DNA from: Cetorhinus maximus
Taxonomy: Eukaryota
DNA: 64,000 bases
Assembly (NCBI RefSeq): GCF_964194155.1
Contig: NC_135901.1
Location: forward strand, 5,518,001-5,582,000
Direction of reading: 5' to 3'
Each line of letters opens with the position of its first letter. Position 1 is the stretch's first letter. This document shows positions 1 through 11,365 of this stretch, piece after piece. Position numbers and translations under genes: made by a program. The notes beneath the pieces were generated by a model. The model made no database searches, had not been told where the DNA came from, and was given only the letters and a program-made list of their open reading frames with translations.

Positions 1-24
1 GGGAGCTGAAGGGGTCAGAATTTT

Positions 25-392
25 ATTTTTGTTCTTTCATGGGATGTGGGGGGTCACTGGAAAGGCCAGTATTTGTTGCCCATTCCTTGTTGCCCTTGAA
101 CTGATGGGTTGCTCAGCACAAGAGTCAACTACATTGTTGTGGGAGTTTGGAGTCACATGTAGGCCAGACCAGGTAAGGATGGTAGATTTCCTTCCCTAAA
201 GGGCATCAGTGAACCAGATGGATTTTTACAACTATCGATTACTGAGACTAGCTTTCAATTCCAGATTCATTAATTGAATTTAAACTCCATCAACTGCTGT
301 GATGGGATTTGAACCCATGCCCCCAGAGGATTAGCCTGAATCTCGGGATTACTGATGCAGTGATATTAGCACCACACCACACCACTGCCCTC
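25..392 (-). mobile_element. tRNA-derived SINE whose 3' tail is shared with a CR1/L2-group LINE
   Basis: Minus strand begins with a tRNA-like head (B-box GGTTCAAATCC, 304-314) and ends ...CCCACATCCCATGAAAGAA. A related copy lies at about 37118-37462, and the tail matches the LINE end at about 63080-63158. Confidence 0.7.
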
Positions 393-409
393 AGCCCCTT
401 GATTTCAGG

Positions 410-925
410 AGCACACAAAATGAAGTTGAACACAGTTAAATGTGAGGTAGTAGATTTTGGTCAGAAGAATGAGGAGGTCATTTATTACTTGGAAGGTGTG
501 AGCCTGGGTGGAAAAAAGGAACTAAGAGATCTCTGAGTATAATTGTATCATTCAGAGCAAGGCCATAAAATGAGCAAATCGAGCACTAGGTTTTATTTCT
601 TGAGGAATGGAATTGGAATGTGGGGAAGTTCTGCTAAAGCTGCCTGGAACCCTGGTCAGACCACACTGAGAGTAATGAGTACAGCTCTGGTCACCATTTT
701 ATAAAACAAATAGAGAGACACTGGAGAGGGAGCAGAGAAGATTTACAAGGATGATACCAGAAATACATATGAGGAAAGGATTGACAGACTGAGTCCCTTC
801 CCCCTGAAAAATAGCAGGCTGAAGGGTGACCTAATAGAGGTCTTTAAAATTGTGAAAGATTTCGATAGAGAGGAAACAGAGAGAACGTTTTCTCTCGTGG
901 GAAAGAGAATAACCAGAGGTCTTCA
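410..925 (+). mobile_element. degenerate CR1 LINE 3' fragment
   Basis: Remnants of KCEV-HFG, LVRPHLEY, YEERL-RL and GDLIEVFKI coding motifs, as in the other CR1 copies in the window. Confidence 0.7.
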
Positions 926-1959
926 ATAGAAGATGGTGTAAAATTATTAACACTGAACTCTGTTAAAACCCCTTTTGTGTTATAGTGAGGAAGGAAAATG
1001 GAGAAATAGGGCATAATATAAATTAATTCCACGGGAGAAAGATTCTGGGAAATAATGACAATCTTTAAAACACTTACTGCAGCTAAAAACTAAAGTTCTT
1101 GAAGATTGGTTGTGTGAGCCAAAGGCAGGAATGTAGGGGCCTCTCTGAGATAAATGGCAACAGGATGTAGCAGCCTGCAGGTACGAGGAAATAGAACCAT
1201 GGTGAATACACGGAACATTACATGATTAACCAAGGCTAACATTCCTGACATGAACTGTGAATACGAAAATTTAGGTGATTAACTAAGGCTAACATTGCTG
1301 ACATGAACTATACCTGACTGGTTAAGAGAAACATTCTCAGGGCATGATCACCACAGGGATGAATATTGATTGGGATGGGGCAGAGGTTAATTGGATAAGA
1401 GGCAACAAGAAAGAGATCCTCCTGAGCAAGGCCATGTGGAGGAGAAGAAGCCGAGACCAGCAGCCAAGAGAAGGAGAAACAGAGAAGAAACAGATTTGAC
1501 ACAGGTAGAATAACCCACATTAAACTGTAAATCATTGCCAGAGCTTGTTGCTGTAGTTTACATGAAACTTGATAAACTTGTCCTGACTCTGTCTCCATAA
1601 AGTTGTTTCACAATTGAAACTTTGTTACTATGTCTGTTTCTGTTGATAAATGAGGAATTAAAACCTCCCAAAAGTACAGATTGAGTTACTGTTTATATTA
1701 AAATAGACTGTATCGGTATTTATGTTAAAGTAGAATGTATCTCTGATTACATTACTGAAAACACTGTCTCAGATTCCTGCACTAAGCCAATGCCTCTATT
1801 TATAACATACTAGGATCTACCTCAGTTATTACTGCATTGCACCATATCTCTCCTTATATTACAATCGGCTATATTCAAGATATTACTGCACTAGACCCTA
1901 TCTGATTATTACCAAACTCGACCATGTCTCTCTTTATATTACACGTTACTCTGCCTCAG

Positions 1960-2490
1960 TTCACAGAATTGTTACGGTGCAGAAGGAGGCCATTTGGCCC
2001 ATCGTGTCTGCACCGGCTCTCTGAGCATTGTAACTTGGTGCCACTCTCCTGCCTTTTCCCTGTAACCCTGCACATTGTTTCTATATAAATAATCATCTAT
2101 TGCCCTCATGAATGCCTCAGTTGAACCTGCCTCCACCACACCTCCAGGCAGTGCATTCCCAACTCGAACCAGTCGCTGTGTGAGAAAGTTTTTTTTCACA
2201 TCACATTTACTTAGACCATAAGACATAGGAGCAGAAATTAGGCCGTTCGGCCCATCGAGTCTGCTCCGCCATTCAATCATGGCTGATAAGTTTCTCAACC
2301 CCATTCTCCCGCCTTCTCCCCGTAACTTCTTTTGCAAATCACTTTAAATCTGTGCCCTCTCGTTCCCTCGATGAGTTTCTCCCTATTTACTCTATCGAAC
2401 CCCCACGTGATTTTGAACACCTCAGTCAAATCTCCTCTTCACCTTCTCCTCTCCAGAAGAACAGTCCCAACCTCTCCAAACTATCTTCAT
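1960..2490 (-). mobile_element. stacked CR1 3'-end fragments
   Basis: Minus ORF 1972-2337 has FLTQRLVRVGNALPGGVVEAG, the CR1 C-terminal motif, plus CR1 3' UTR sequence. Confidence 0.75.
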
Positions 2491-2495
2491 AACTC

Positions 2496-2822
2496 AAAAC
2501 AAAAAACAGAATTACCTGGAAAAACTCAGCAGGTCTGGCAGCATCAGCGGAGAAGAACAAAGTTGACGTTTCGAGTCCTCATGACCCTTCAACAGAACTA
2601 AGTAAAAATAGGAGAGGGGTGAAATATAAGCTGGTTTAAGTTGTGGGGGGGAGGGGGAGAGAGAAGTGGTTGGGGGGGGGAGGTGGTTGTAGAGACAAGC
2701 AAGCAGCGATAGGAGCAGATAATCAAAAGATGTCACAGACAAAAGAACAAAGAGGTGTTGAAGGTGGTGATATTATCTGAAAGAATCTGCTAATTATGAC
2801 TGGATGGCAGGACACGCAAGGT
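2496..2822 (-). mobile_element. Penelope-like element terminal (pLTR) fragment with hammerhead-like motif
   Basis: Near-identical to the terminal sequence following the GIY-YIG ORF at about 39560-39863; hammerhead-like motif at 2561-2599 on the minus strand. Confidence 0.75.
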
Positions 2823-2966
2823 ACAGCGTGGCGCCCAGAACTATATACAATATTCCAACTGAGGCCTAACGAGTGTCTTATATTGAGGGAACAGCGCCAC
2901 TAATTGGCGAATACCTGTATTGCAGCCAGTGGCCCAGGAAGGCGGTTTGTCTCCTTTTAAGGCATT

Positions 2967-2974
2967 ATGCAAAT
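2967..2974 (+). promoter_or_regulatory. octamer (Oct-1) distal sequence element of the U1 gene
   Basis: Perfect ATGCAAAT about 205 bp upstream of the U1 start, the usual DSE position for snRNA genes. Confidence 0.65.
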
Positions 2975-3171
2975 ATAAATGGAGGACAGTATATCAGCTA
3001 CCTTTTCTCCATCTAGAGGGATAGTTAAGCATGTTCTACAATACATGAGAAAAACTGAGCTGTTTAATGGAAAAATATGAACAGGGTGACGTTATGATTT
3101 TTAAAAATTAGTGTATGTGACTATGAGAGGTAGTGCTTGATGCCGGCTGGCAGCGTGTGAGAGTTTAGGGC

Positions 3172-3222
3172 ATACTTACCTGGCAGGGGAGCAAACAATG
3201 ATCATGCAGATTGTTCTCCCAG
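3172..3222 (+). ncRNA. RNU1: U1 snRNA, 5' part (nt 1-51), interrupted by a retrotransposon
   Basis: ATACTTACCTGGCAGGGGAG...ATGATCATGCAGATTGTTCTCCCAG matches the U1 5' splice-site recognition end and stem-loop I. Confidence 0.95.
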
Positions 3223-3890
3223 TCCCCGTCAGATCCTTCCTACACGCCAGGAGTCTCACCCCCTCTGCACGATGCCCTCGAGGTGGCTGTGGTGGGGAAG
3301 AGACCGTTGTTCACCTCCTTGTGGATTGTGCCTTTGCAAAGAAAGTCTGGAGAGAGATGCAGTGGTTGCTGTCGAGGTTCATCCCGAGCAGTTCTGTGAC
3401 ACAGGACTCTGTGCTCTACGGGCTGTTCCCAGGGACACACACCGAGACAAACATCAACTGCAGCTGGAGGATCATCAACTCGGTGAAAGACGCGCTTTGG
3501 TCTGCCCGAAACTTGTTGGTCTTCCAGCACAAAGATTTGTCCCCGACCGATTGTTGCGGACTGGCACAATCCAAAGTCCAGGACTACGTGCTGAGGGACG
3601 CACTAAAGCTTGGGGCAGCTGCCGCAAAGGCGCAATGGGGAAGGGTCGCTGTCTAAGACCTTTCTACCACAGCGCACCGAGAGACTGGGAACTGTTTAGA
3701 GCCCCTCGGGCTGTACAGATCAAAATGAAAGGCTGTAAATGACTGTAATATTGTTTGTACTGATGCACCTGGTGATACATTTTGTAAAAGTTTAACCTGG
3801 ATTGTACCCTTGTAATGTTGTCTTTGAAATGGTTTTGAATGTGATTGAAGATTTTTATGAATAAAGTATATTTTTACAAAAAAAAAAAAA
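3223..3890 (+). mobile_element. 5'-truncated Tx1/L1-clade non-LTR retrotransposon inserted in U1
   Basis: Uninterrupted ORF2 C-terminus with zf-RVT-type knuckle (CPRGGCGGEETVVHLLVDCAFAKKVW), stop at 3654-3656, AATAAA at 3860-3865 and A13 at 3878-3890. Flanked by the TSD GATTGTTCTCCCAG (3209-3222 and 3891-3904). Confidence 0.9.
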
Positions 3891-4018
3891 GATTGTTCTC
3901 CCAGGACGAGGCTATCCCATTGCACTTCGGGTGTGCTGATGCCTGCGATGTCCCCAAATGCGGGATACTCGACTGCAAAATTTGTGGTAGTGGGGGACTG
4001 CGTTCGCGCTCTCCCCTG
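3891..4018 (+). ncRNA. RNU1: U1 snRNA, 3' part (includes duplicated target site)
   Basis: Stem-loop II ATTGCAC loop, Sm site AATTTGTGG (3979-3987) and stem-loop IV GGGGGACTGCGTTCGCGCTCTCCCCTG. Confidence 0.95.
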
Positions 4019-4040
4019 GTTTTTAATTCAAAAAATAGAC
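4019..4040 (+). terminator. snRNA 3' box
   Basis: GTTTTTAATTCAAAAAATAGAC just downstream of U1 resembles the GTTYN(0-3)AAARRYAGA consensus. Confidence 0.6.
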
Positions 4041-4829
4041 TTCAACTTATTTGTTTAATGAGGTTCTTTGTTATATCTTATCCAATGTAAACAATTTGGG
4101 CCACAAAATACTCTTTCGAAATCTAGACTCTTTTGTTTTCCCTCCCGCAACTATCCAACCCCCATTCTTTTCCCCCCTGCGATTATCAACAGGCGATTAT
4201 TCCATCTCCGCATCATTTTATCGCTGCCATTTCTTTTGCGGCCGCCAAATTCCACGCGCCATTTTTAACCCCGTATTTGCCCACTCCAATATTCTCTCTC
4301 AAACCCCCATATAATACCCAACCCACCATCAAAACAGTCCCTGCACTCCTTCCAGCACCACCCTCCACCTCCCAACCCACCCCGTATCTCTCTGGACTTC
4401 GTTATAATATCATCATTCATATACATTCACCATTTAAAACATGCAACTGCGAACCCTCACTATTTCAAACATGTGCAAGTACCCTGTCCCCATGTACATT
4501 CTAATTACCCCCCTCCGAAATCAACAGCAGCCTCCCACCCCCTCTGTATAATCTCCCACTTCAACAGCTCCCTCTGTGATTTCTACCTTCTCAAACTCCT
4601 GCCCCCCTCTCCCCATGTGTAAAGTCTTTCCCTGCCCCTTCTGCAGCTCACTTCCCCTGCTGTGTGTTTATCTCATAAACAGGCTTTCCATTCACTTGCC
4701 ATTATTTCTTCAAGACTTCAATAGCGCAAAGCGAAGAAATAAACGGAGAAAGAAAGCTGGAGAGAGACAGAAAGAAATCTAAACCCAAAGCCTCCGTAAA
4801 ATGAATAGAAAATGACCAACAGGAATCCC

Positions 4830-5110
4830 GTTTCTGGGCGGCTCCTTTGTTGTGAGTCGGACTCGGTGGAAATGGAGAAGAAACCGGGAAGCCGCGGCGA
4901 GGATGGGGGAGGCGCTGCAGCATCGCTTTAATGGGCAGCCCCGACCCCCAGCCCGGGGAGATCACCGCACGGCCGCCGGGCCCGGCCGCTCTCATTCGGC
5001 CTCTGAGAGCCGCACTCGCTGTTCCTGAGGCTGCGCTTGCCCCCCGCTCAGTTTCTCCATTGAATCCTGTTTCTCTCCTTGTTTCTCCCAACTCAGATTC
5101 ACCGCCTCAT
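4830..5110. promoter_or_regulatory. CpG-rich island, probable promoter of ZNF locus 1
   Basis: Local high GC/CpG density upstream of the splice acceptor at 5764-5765. Confidence 0.5.
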
Positions 5111-5419
5111 TTTCTTTTCTTCCTCTGAGCCCCTGAACTCCACCTGACAGGGTCATGTTGGAGAGCGGACATTGACTGTCCTGGGAAACAACAGCAAGAG
5201 GAGCTCAGAGGCCGGAGGAGCAAAGGAGCAGCGAGTTCAGTCACCAATCGGGGGCATTGAGGACTGGACCCTGAGTCAGTCAGTCAGGGGAGTCAGAGTG
5301 AACCCCTGGGGAATCAGTCATCTCTGAAAAATTAAATGAGTATCTCTTTTATCAACAACACAAGTTAACATTTCTCAGTATTTTTTTTATTCTTTGTTAT
5401 CTCAATCCCAGGACATCTC

Positions 5420-5700
5420 TGTTGGAGTTCCTCAGGTCAGTGTCCGAGGCCCAACCATCTTCAGCTGCTTTACCAATCACCTTTCATCCATCATAAGTCA
5501 GACTTGGGAATGTATCGCTGTTCCTTCACTGTCGCCGAGTTGAAATCATGGGCCTCCCTTCCTAACAGCACCGACACCACATGGACTGCAGCAGTTCAAG
5601 GAAGTGGCTCACCACCATCTTCTCAAGGCAATTCCAGCTGGGCATCAAATACTGGTCTTGCCAGTGACACCCACATCACATGAACAAATTAGAAAAAGGA
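5420..5700 (+). mobile_element. internally deleted CR1/L2-group LINE 3' fragment
   Basis: GVPQG-RT remnant joined to a 3' tail matching 62980-63158. Confidence 0.6.
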
Positions 5701-6003
5701 AAGAAACTGGAATTGTCTGTTCTGAATTTCTATCCTTTACTGACTTTTGTAAACTCCTTTTACAGGATACTTGAACAGGAAGATTTGCTGACAGGAAACT
5801 CAAAGAAAACATCACGTCAAAATCTGACAGATTCACTCAATACATCAGGAGCTGGATATCATTGAATCTTTAATATAGAAGGAGAAATGTTTTACCAATT
5901 GCACAGCCTGAAAAACCATTGCACCATTCACAGCGAGGACAAATTGTGTGGATGAGGTTTGAACTGACCATCCAACATGGACAGCCACAAGGACACCAGC
6001 ACC

Positions 6004-6762
6004 ATGGTGAAACCGTGGAAATGTGGGAACTGTGGGAAGGGATTTGGTTCCCCATCAAAGCTGGAAATTCATCAACGCAGCCACACTGGGGAGAGGCCAT
6101 TCACCTGCTCCGTGTGTGGGAAGGGATTCACTCATTCATCCAGCTTTCTGAGACACTAGCACATTCACACTGAGCAGAGTTCAGTCATCTGCTCCGTGTG
6201 TGGGAAGGCAATCGGTCATTCATCAAACTTTCTGAGGCACCAGCAAACTCACAGTTTAGAGAGGCAGTTCACATTCTCTGTGCGCGGGAAGGGATTCACT
6301 CAGTCATCCTACCTGCTGACACACCAGCGCATTCACACAAGGGAGAGTCCATTCATCTGTTCCTTGTGTGGAGAGGGATTTAACCGATTATCCAGGCTTC
6401 TGACTCACCAGAGCATTCACACTGGGGAAAGTCCATACACCTGCTTTATCTGTGGGAAGGAATTTAATCGGCCATCCAAACTACTGACACACCAACGAAT
6501 TCACACTGGGGAGAGGCCATTCACCTGCTCCATGTGTGGAAAGGGATACACCAATTCATCTGACCTGTTGACACATCAGCGAGTTCACACTGGCGAGAGG
6601 CCATTCACATGTTCCATGTGTGGAAAAGGATTCATTCGGTCATCCCACCTTCTGACACATCAACTTGTTCATACTGATCAGAGACCTTTTAAATGTTCTG
6701 ACTGTGAGAAGACCTTTAAAAGTGAAAAGGATCTGATTACACACCAGCGAGTTCACGAGTGA
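6004..6762 (+). pseudogene. C2H2 zinc-finger locus 1 (9 finger units), probable pseudogene
   Basis: accATG at 6004; in-frame TAG at 6157-6159 in finger 2; the same frame continues to TGA at 6762; finger 4 has lost both Cys; acceptor AG at 5764-5765. Confidence 0.8.
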
Positions 6763-6859
6763 CTATGGGGATTGAAATCTGGTTACTGTTGCTGTTAATC
6801 CTGTTCAGGATTGAATTCTTTCATTCTGACAGCTGGAGTTTGTTTCTGCTGAAATATAA

Positions 6860-8370
6860 TTGTGCAAATATGGGTGGCAGCTCAGAAGACTGGACAGAAT
6901 TTAAAAAAAGAAAAGAATGACTGAAAGATTAATAAAGAGGGAAAAGGTCGAGAACGAGAGAAAGCTAGTTAGAAATATAAAGACAGATAGTAAGAGTAAA
7001 TTTCGATATTTTAAAATGAAAAGAGTTAACAAAGTGAGGGTTGCTCCTATAGAAAGTGAGTCTGGGGAGTTAATAATGGCAGATGAATTGAAGAGGGATT
7101 TTGCATTGTCTTCACTATAGAGGATACAAGTAATATGCCAAGAATGGCTGTAAATCAGGATTTGGAAAGGGGGAGGAGCTCAAGAAAATTACAATCACCA
7201 GGGAAGTGGTACCGAGCAAATTGTTGGAGCTGCGGGCTGACAAGTCCCCCTGTCCTGATGGATTTCATCCTCGGGTCTTAAAAGAAGTGGCTAGTGAGAT
7301 AGTTGATGCGTTGGTTTTAATTTTCCAAAATTCGCTAGATTCGGGGAAGGTCTCATCAGATAGGAAAATAGAAAAGGGAGGGAGACAGAGAGCAGGAAAG
7401 TATAGGCCAGTTAGCTTAATATCTATCATAGGAAAAATGTTACAAGTGTTATAACAGGGCACTTAGATAAATTCAAGGTAATCAGGCAAAGTCAATAAAG
7501 TTTTGTGAGAGGGAAATCATGCTTAACCAATTTATTGGGGTTCTTTGAAGAAGTAATAGGTGCTGTGGATAAAGGGGAACTGGTGGATGTACTGTACCTA
7601 TATTTCCAGAGGGCTTTTGATAAGATGTCACATTAAAGGTTATTGTGGAAAATAAAATCTCATGGTGTAGGGGGTAACATATTGACATGAATGGAAGATT
7701 AGCTAGCTAACAGGAAACAGAGAGTGGGCATAAATGGATATATTTCTGATTAGCAGAATGTGATGGTTAGTGTGCCACAAGGATCAGTGCTGGGACCTCA
7801 ACTCTTTATAATTTATATAAATGATTTGGATGAAGGAACCAATGGTATGGTTGCTAAATTTGCTTATGACACACAGGTAGGAAAATAAATTATGAAGAGG
7901 ACATAAGGAGGCTACAAAAGGATACAAATAGGTTAGGTGAGTGGGCAAAGATCTGGCAAGTGGAGTATAATGTGGGAAGATGTGACATTGTCCATGTTGG
8001 CAGGACGAATAAAAAATCATATTTAAATGGTGAGAGACTGCAGAGCTCTCAGATTCAGAGGGATCTGGGTGTCCCAGTGCATGAATCGCAAAAGGTTAGT
8101 GTGCAGGTACCACAAGAAATTAGCAAAGCTGAAAGAATATTATCGTTCATTGCAAGGGAAATTGAATACAAAAGTAGGGAGGTTATGCTTCAGTTATACA
8201 GGGCATTTGGTGAGCCCACATCTGGAGTACTATGTGTAATATTGGTCTCATTATTTAAGGAAAGATGTAAATGCATTGGAAGCAGTTCAGCGAAGGTTTA
8301 GTTGATCATTACCAGGAATGGGGGGGTTGTCTTATGAGGAAAGGTTGGACAGACTAGGCTTGTTGGACAT
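6860..8370 (+). mobile_element. CR1 LINE ORF2 fragment (frameshifted)
   Basis: [30 protein letters not shown] and YEERLDRLGL motifs. Confidence 0.9.
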
Positions 8371-10499
8371 AGCATGTCAAACTTTGTTTTTCACACATTG
8401 TTGTACAATTTTGTCTTTCGTACCTGAGTGTTTAACATCACCTGGCTGGAGCTCAGGAAGGACAATCTGGGGGAGGATCATACACCAGGAACAGAACTTC
8501 AGCCTGGACGCAGTCCTTTAGGGTCACACTGAGAGGGACAAATGGCATTTTGGTCTTTCTCATATTTCTTCACTGACAGCAAAACCCACATGTGGATTAA
8601 TCCTGAGGTGTGTGAGAAATGTGTCACAGCCACTTCTGTGCAGTATATACAGCCTAAAGATGACCAAGGTCAGGCTGTGGAATCCAAGGCCACATAGAAA
8701 AATGGATGGAAAAATACAAACTCCCTGTAAATCTATCCCTCTGATTTCTGTTTGGAATCATTGGGTTTCAAAGTTCCCGAGTAGAAGGCTCCTTTACAAC
8801 TGTGGTTGTACAACCTGAGTCAGGCAGTCTGGAAATGTGCTGTTAAATCAGAGATTGGTGTAAAAGTGTGCTCTGTTCCTGACTGAAACTGAAATGGCAG
8901 GAATAAGTCTCCAGTTTAAAAATGACTGTGGTGATTATTCTGTGAAGTTTTTAAGGTTTATTGGTGACAGTCCTGAGTCTACTACTTTAAGCCAATGTCA
9001 GCAACAACTTGTATTGACATAGCACCTTTAACATAGTAAAATGTAGCTAAACGTAAATAGTGTAAAGTCTGTATTAAAATAACACAAGGAGGAATTCACA
9101 GGATCCTTTTAACTCCCGGGATAATTATACAACAGACATTTGATCTCCAGATAAAGAAGGACCTGCACCATGTTTCCAAGAATTCCCTGCTATATTGGTG
9201 TGTGTGTGTTAGATTCCAGGATTTTGTTGCAGTCTTCCTCAGTATTAACTGTACTTCCCAATTTGGTAATCAATTAATTCATAAATAAATCAGTTAATCA
9301 CTTCCTCATGTCATTGTACACTGTGCTACTGAATTAAAGATTTAATGAACTGTACAACAAAGTTTTGTTAACTGGGAATTCTTATCTGTGATTTACTGTA
9401 ATTCTGCTCCCAAATTTTAAAATTGGTTTTCTGATTTCTGAGTCCAAATCGTTTATATAAATTTGAATAACAGTGGTTCCAGCATTGCTCCCTGTGGAAC
9501 ATCAATTCCCACCTTTTACCAGTCTGAGTTGCTACTCTTAACCTCTTCTCTCTGCTTTCTGTTTTGTAACCCGCTTGTTATCCATAACAGTGTGCACAAG
9601 GTGACCAAGATCAGGCTCTGTGGAGTGAAGGGCCAGGCAGCAGATGGATGGAAATGGCTACAAAACCGAAATCAGAGGGTTAGATTTAGAGGGAGTTTGG
9701 AGCCATCTTTTCATCCATTCTGCCTTGTGGCCTGACCTTCACCGAGACCATCAATATAAGGGGAATTATCCGGAATACCAATAGGAAAGTAGAGGCTGCA
9801 ATTATGCAAAGATGTTTTGTATTGTCTAAAATCTCCCACCAGGGCTGATCACCAGAGGAGACATAAACCGCCTAATATCTATTGGTGGCTTAGCTTTTTG
9901 TCATTATGTCTGTTCAAGATGTTGTCCATTATAGATTAAGGTTCAGAGAAAGTGCTGGAATTAGATAGTCAAAACTGCTTTGAGTCCCTGGAGGGTGATG
10001 TTTACTTGAATTTCTATAACTTTTTGGTCCTTGCAGACACTGATACTTTATCGCCAGTCTTAGTCAGTAACTTAGTTAGTTGGCGGTGTGAGGCAAAACC
10101 TGGTCCACCTGATCGATAGGAAGTGAATCCATGTGGGTTTGTGTGTGTGTTGTGTCAAACCAAGTGGAAGGTCCCATGTCCTTTGTAACAACATGAAGAG
10201 TCTGTTTTTTTTTCAAGATCCCTTCCTTTCCCCTCACTATTATCCTCAGTTCAGAAAACCCTTGTGTACATCATCCTCCAGCATGCTACTGTCTCCACTA
10301 AATACTTCCATCGGTCTTACTAACAGATAGGAATGGGATCACTGATATCACAGGAATAATTTCTGAACTGCTGCCATTCTGATTTTAAAGCTTCCTGGAG
10401 TAAGACATTGATCCAGACCTTCTCACCTAACACCAATCCTTATCCGCATCTGAGTTCCAGATTTTAATGTGATTGTCCCATATGTTTAGCATCTGTCCA

Positions 10500-10815
10500 T
10501 CTGTGAGAGATGATGGGAATGCAGCCTCAGAACTTTGGTGAGATCAGATGAGACGATCTGCTGCACTTCATCTGATGGCTGAACAAGCCGATTCTGTAAA
10601 GGCAAAAGTGCCTCGTATGAAGGTTTTCCTTACTCGTGTTGCGAGATGATTTCTGCTGACACCTTGTTTGTCTGTGTTGAAGTTTCTGAAACGACATGTT
10701 GCTGTGGTGGTGAACTCCTGCCCACAGCTGGTGTTTCCAGTTGCATCAATCATCAATTAGCTTCCCACTTGTCATGATTAATGTTGAGGGCTTTCATGTC
10801 TCATCTTTGAAGCAT
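10500..10815 (-). mobile_element. RTE-clade LINE 3' fragment
   Basis: Minus-strand remnants reading FKD...DMKALNINHDKWEA and RIGLFSHQMKC, typical of the RTE C-terminus. Confidence 0.55.
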
Positions 10816-11194
10816 TGTGATTGTGCAATATGGAAAACATGTTTAACCTCTTTAAACCTGGTTCAGCACATCCCCTCCACACACATTACAACAAATTGTC
10901 TTTGAGATCAGTTTTTCCTTTACATTCTGTATTGTTCTGAATATTAACTTTATCCCTGACCTGTCCTAACCCTCCTGCCGGTTCATTTATTGAAACCAAG
11001 GACTCCCCTTGTTCAAATGGTGAATTCCCTGTCTGCCCAGTTATTTCTTTAAGTTTGTGCCTTGTTTCACCATGTTCCCACATTTCAGTAACAAATATTG
11101 AAATATTTGTTCCACACCCACAGGGTTTCATCTGTTTAAAGCCACAAGCAAGAAAGGTCCAGTTTTCTCCTGAAGTTTGAGGCAAATCATCTTC

Positions 11195-11365
11195 CAAAAT
11201 GATGCAGAGTTTCAGCCAATGAGGGAGATCCTGGTTAGGCCCCGCCCCTCATTCACTCCAATTGGCTGGAGGGCCAGCCGCACCCCTTTGGTCCTGCAAC
11301 CTCTTGCTATTGGTTCAGAGCTGCCGTCAATCACCCAGGCATTGTGATGGGAGCATGCGCAGTGT
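11195..11365 (+). promoter_or_regulatory. ZNF promoter module type I (CCAAT, GC box, CCAAT/ATTGG, GTCAATCA, NRF1-like)
   Basis: CCCCGCCCC at 11240, CCAATTGG at 11258, ATTGG at 11309, CTGCCGTCAATCA at 11321, GCATGCGCAGT at 11353. Followed by a putative donor CCG/GTAAGA at 11469, a YY1-like CCGCCATCTT at about 11643 and GCGCATGCGC at about 11663. Confidence 0.7.

Noticed and set aside
961-1611. Possible solo LTR with internal 30-bp duplication
   Set aside because: TG...CA ends are ambiguous and no TSD was found; support is insufficient.
3172-3890. Template-switch U1-LINE retro-chimera or processed U1 pseudogene
   Set aside because: The rest of U1 follows the poly(A), the TSD is internal U1 sequence, and DSE/3'-box-like signals flank the locus, so this is an insertion into a U1 gene.
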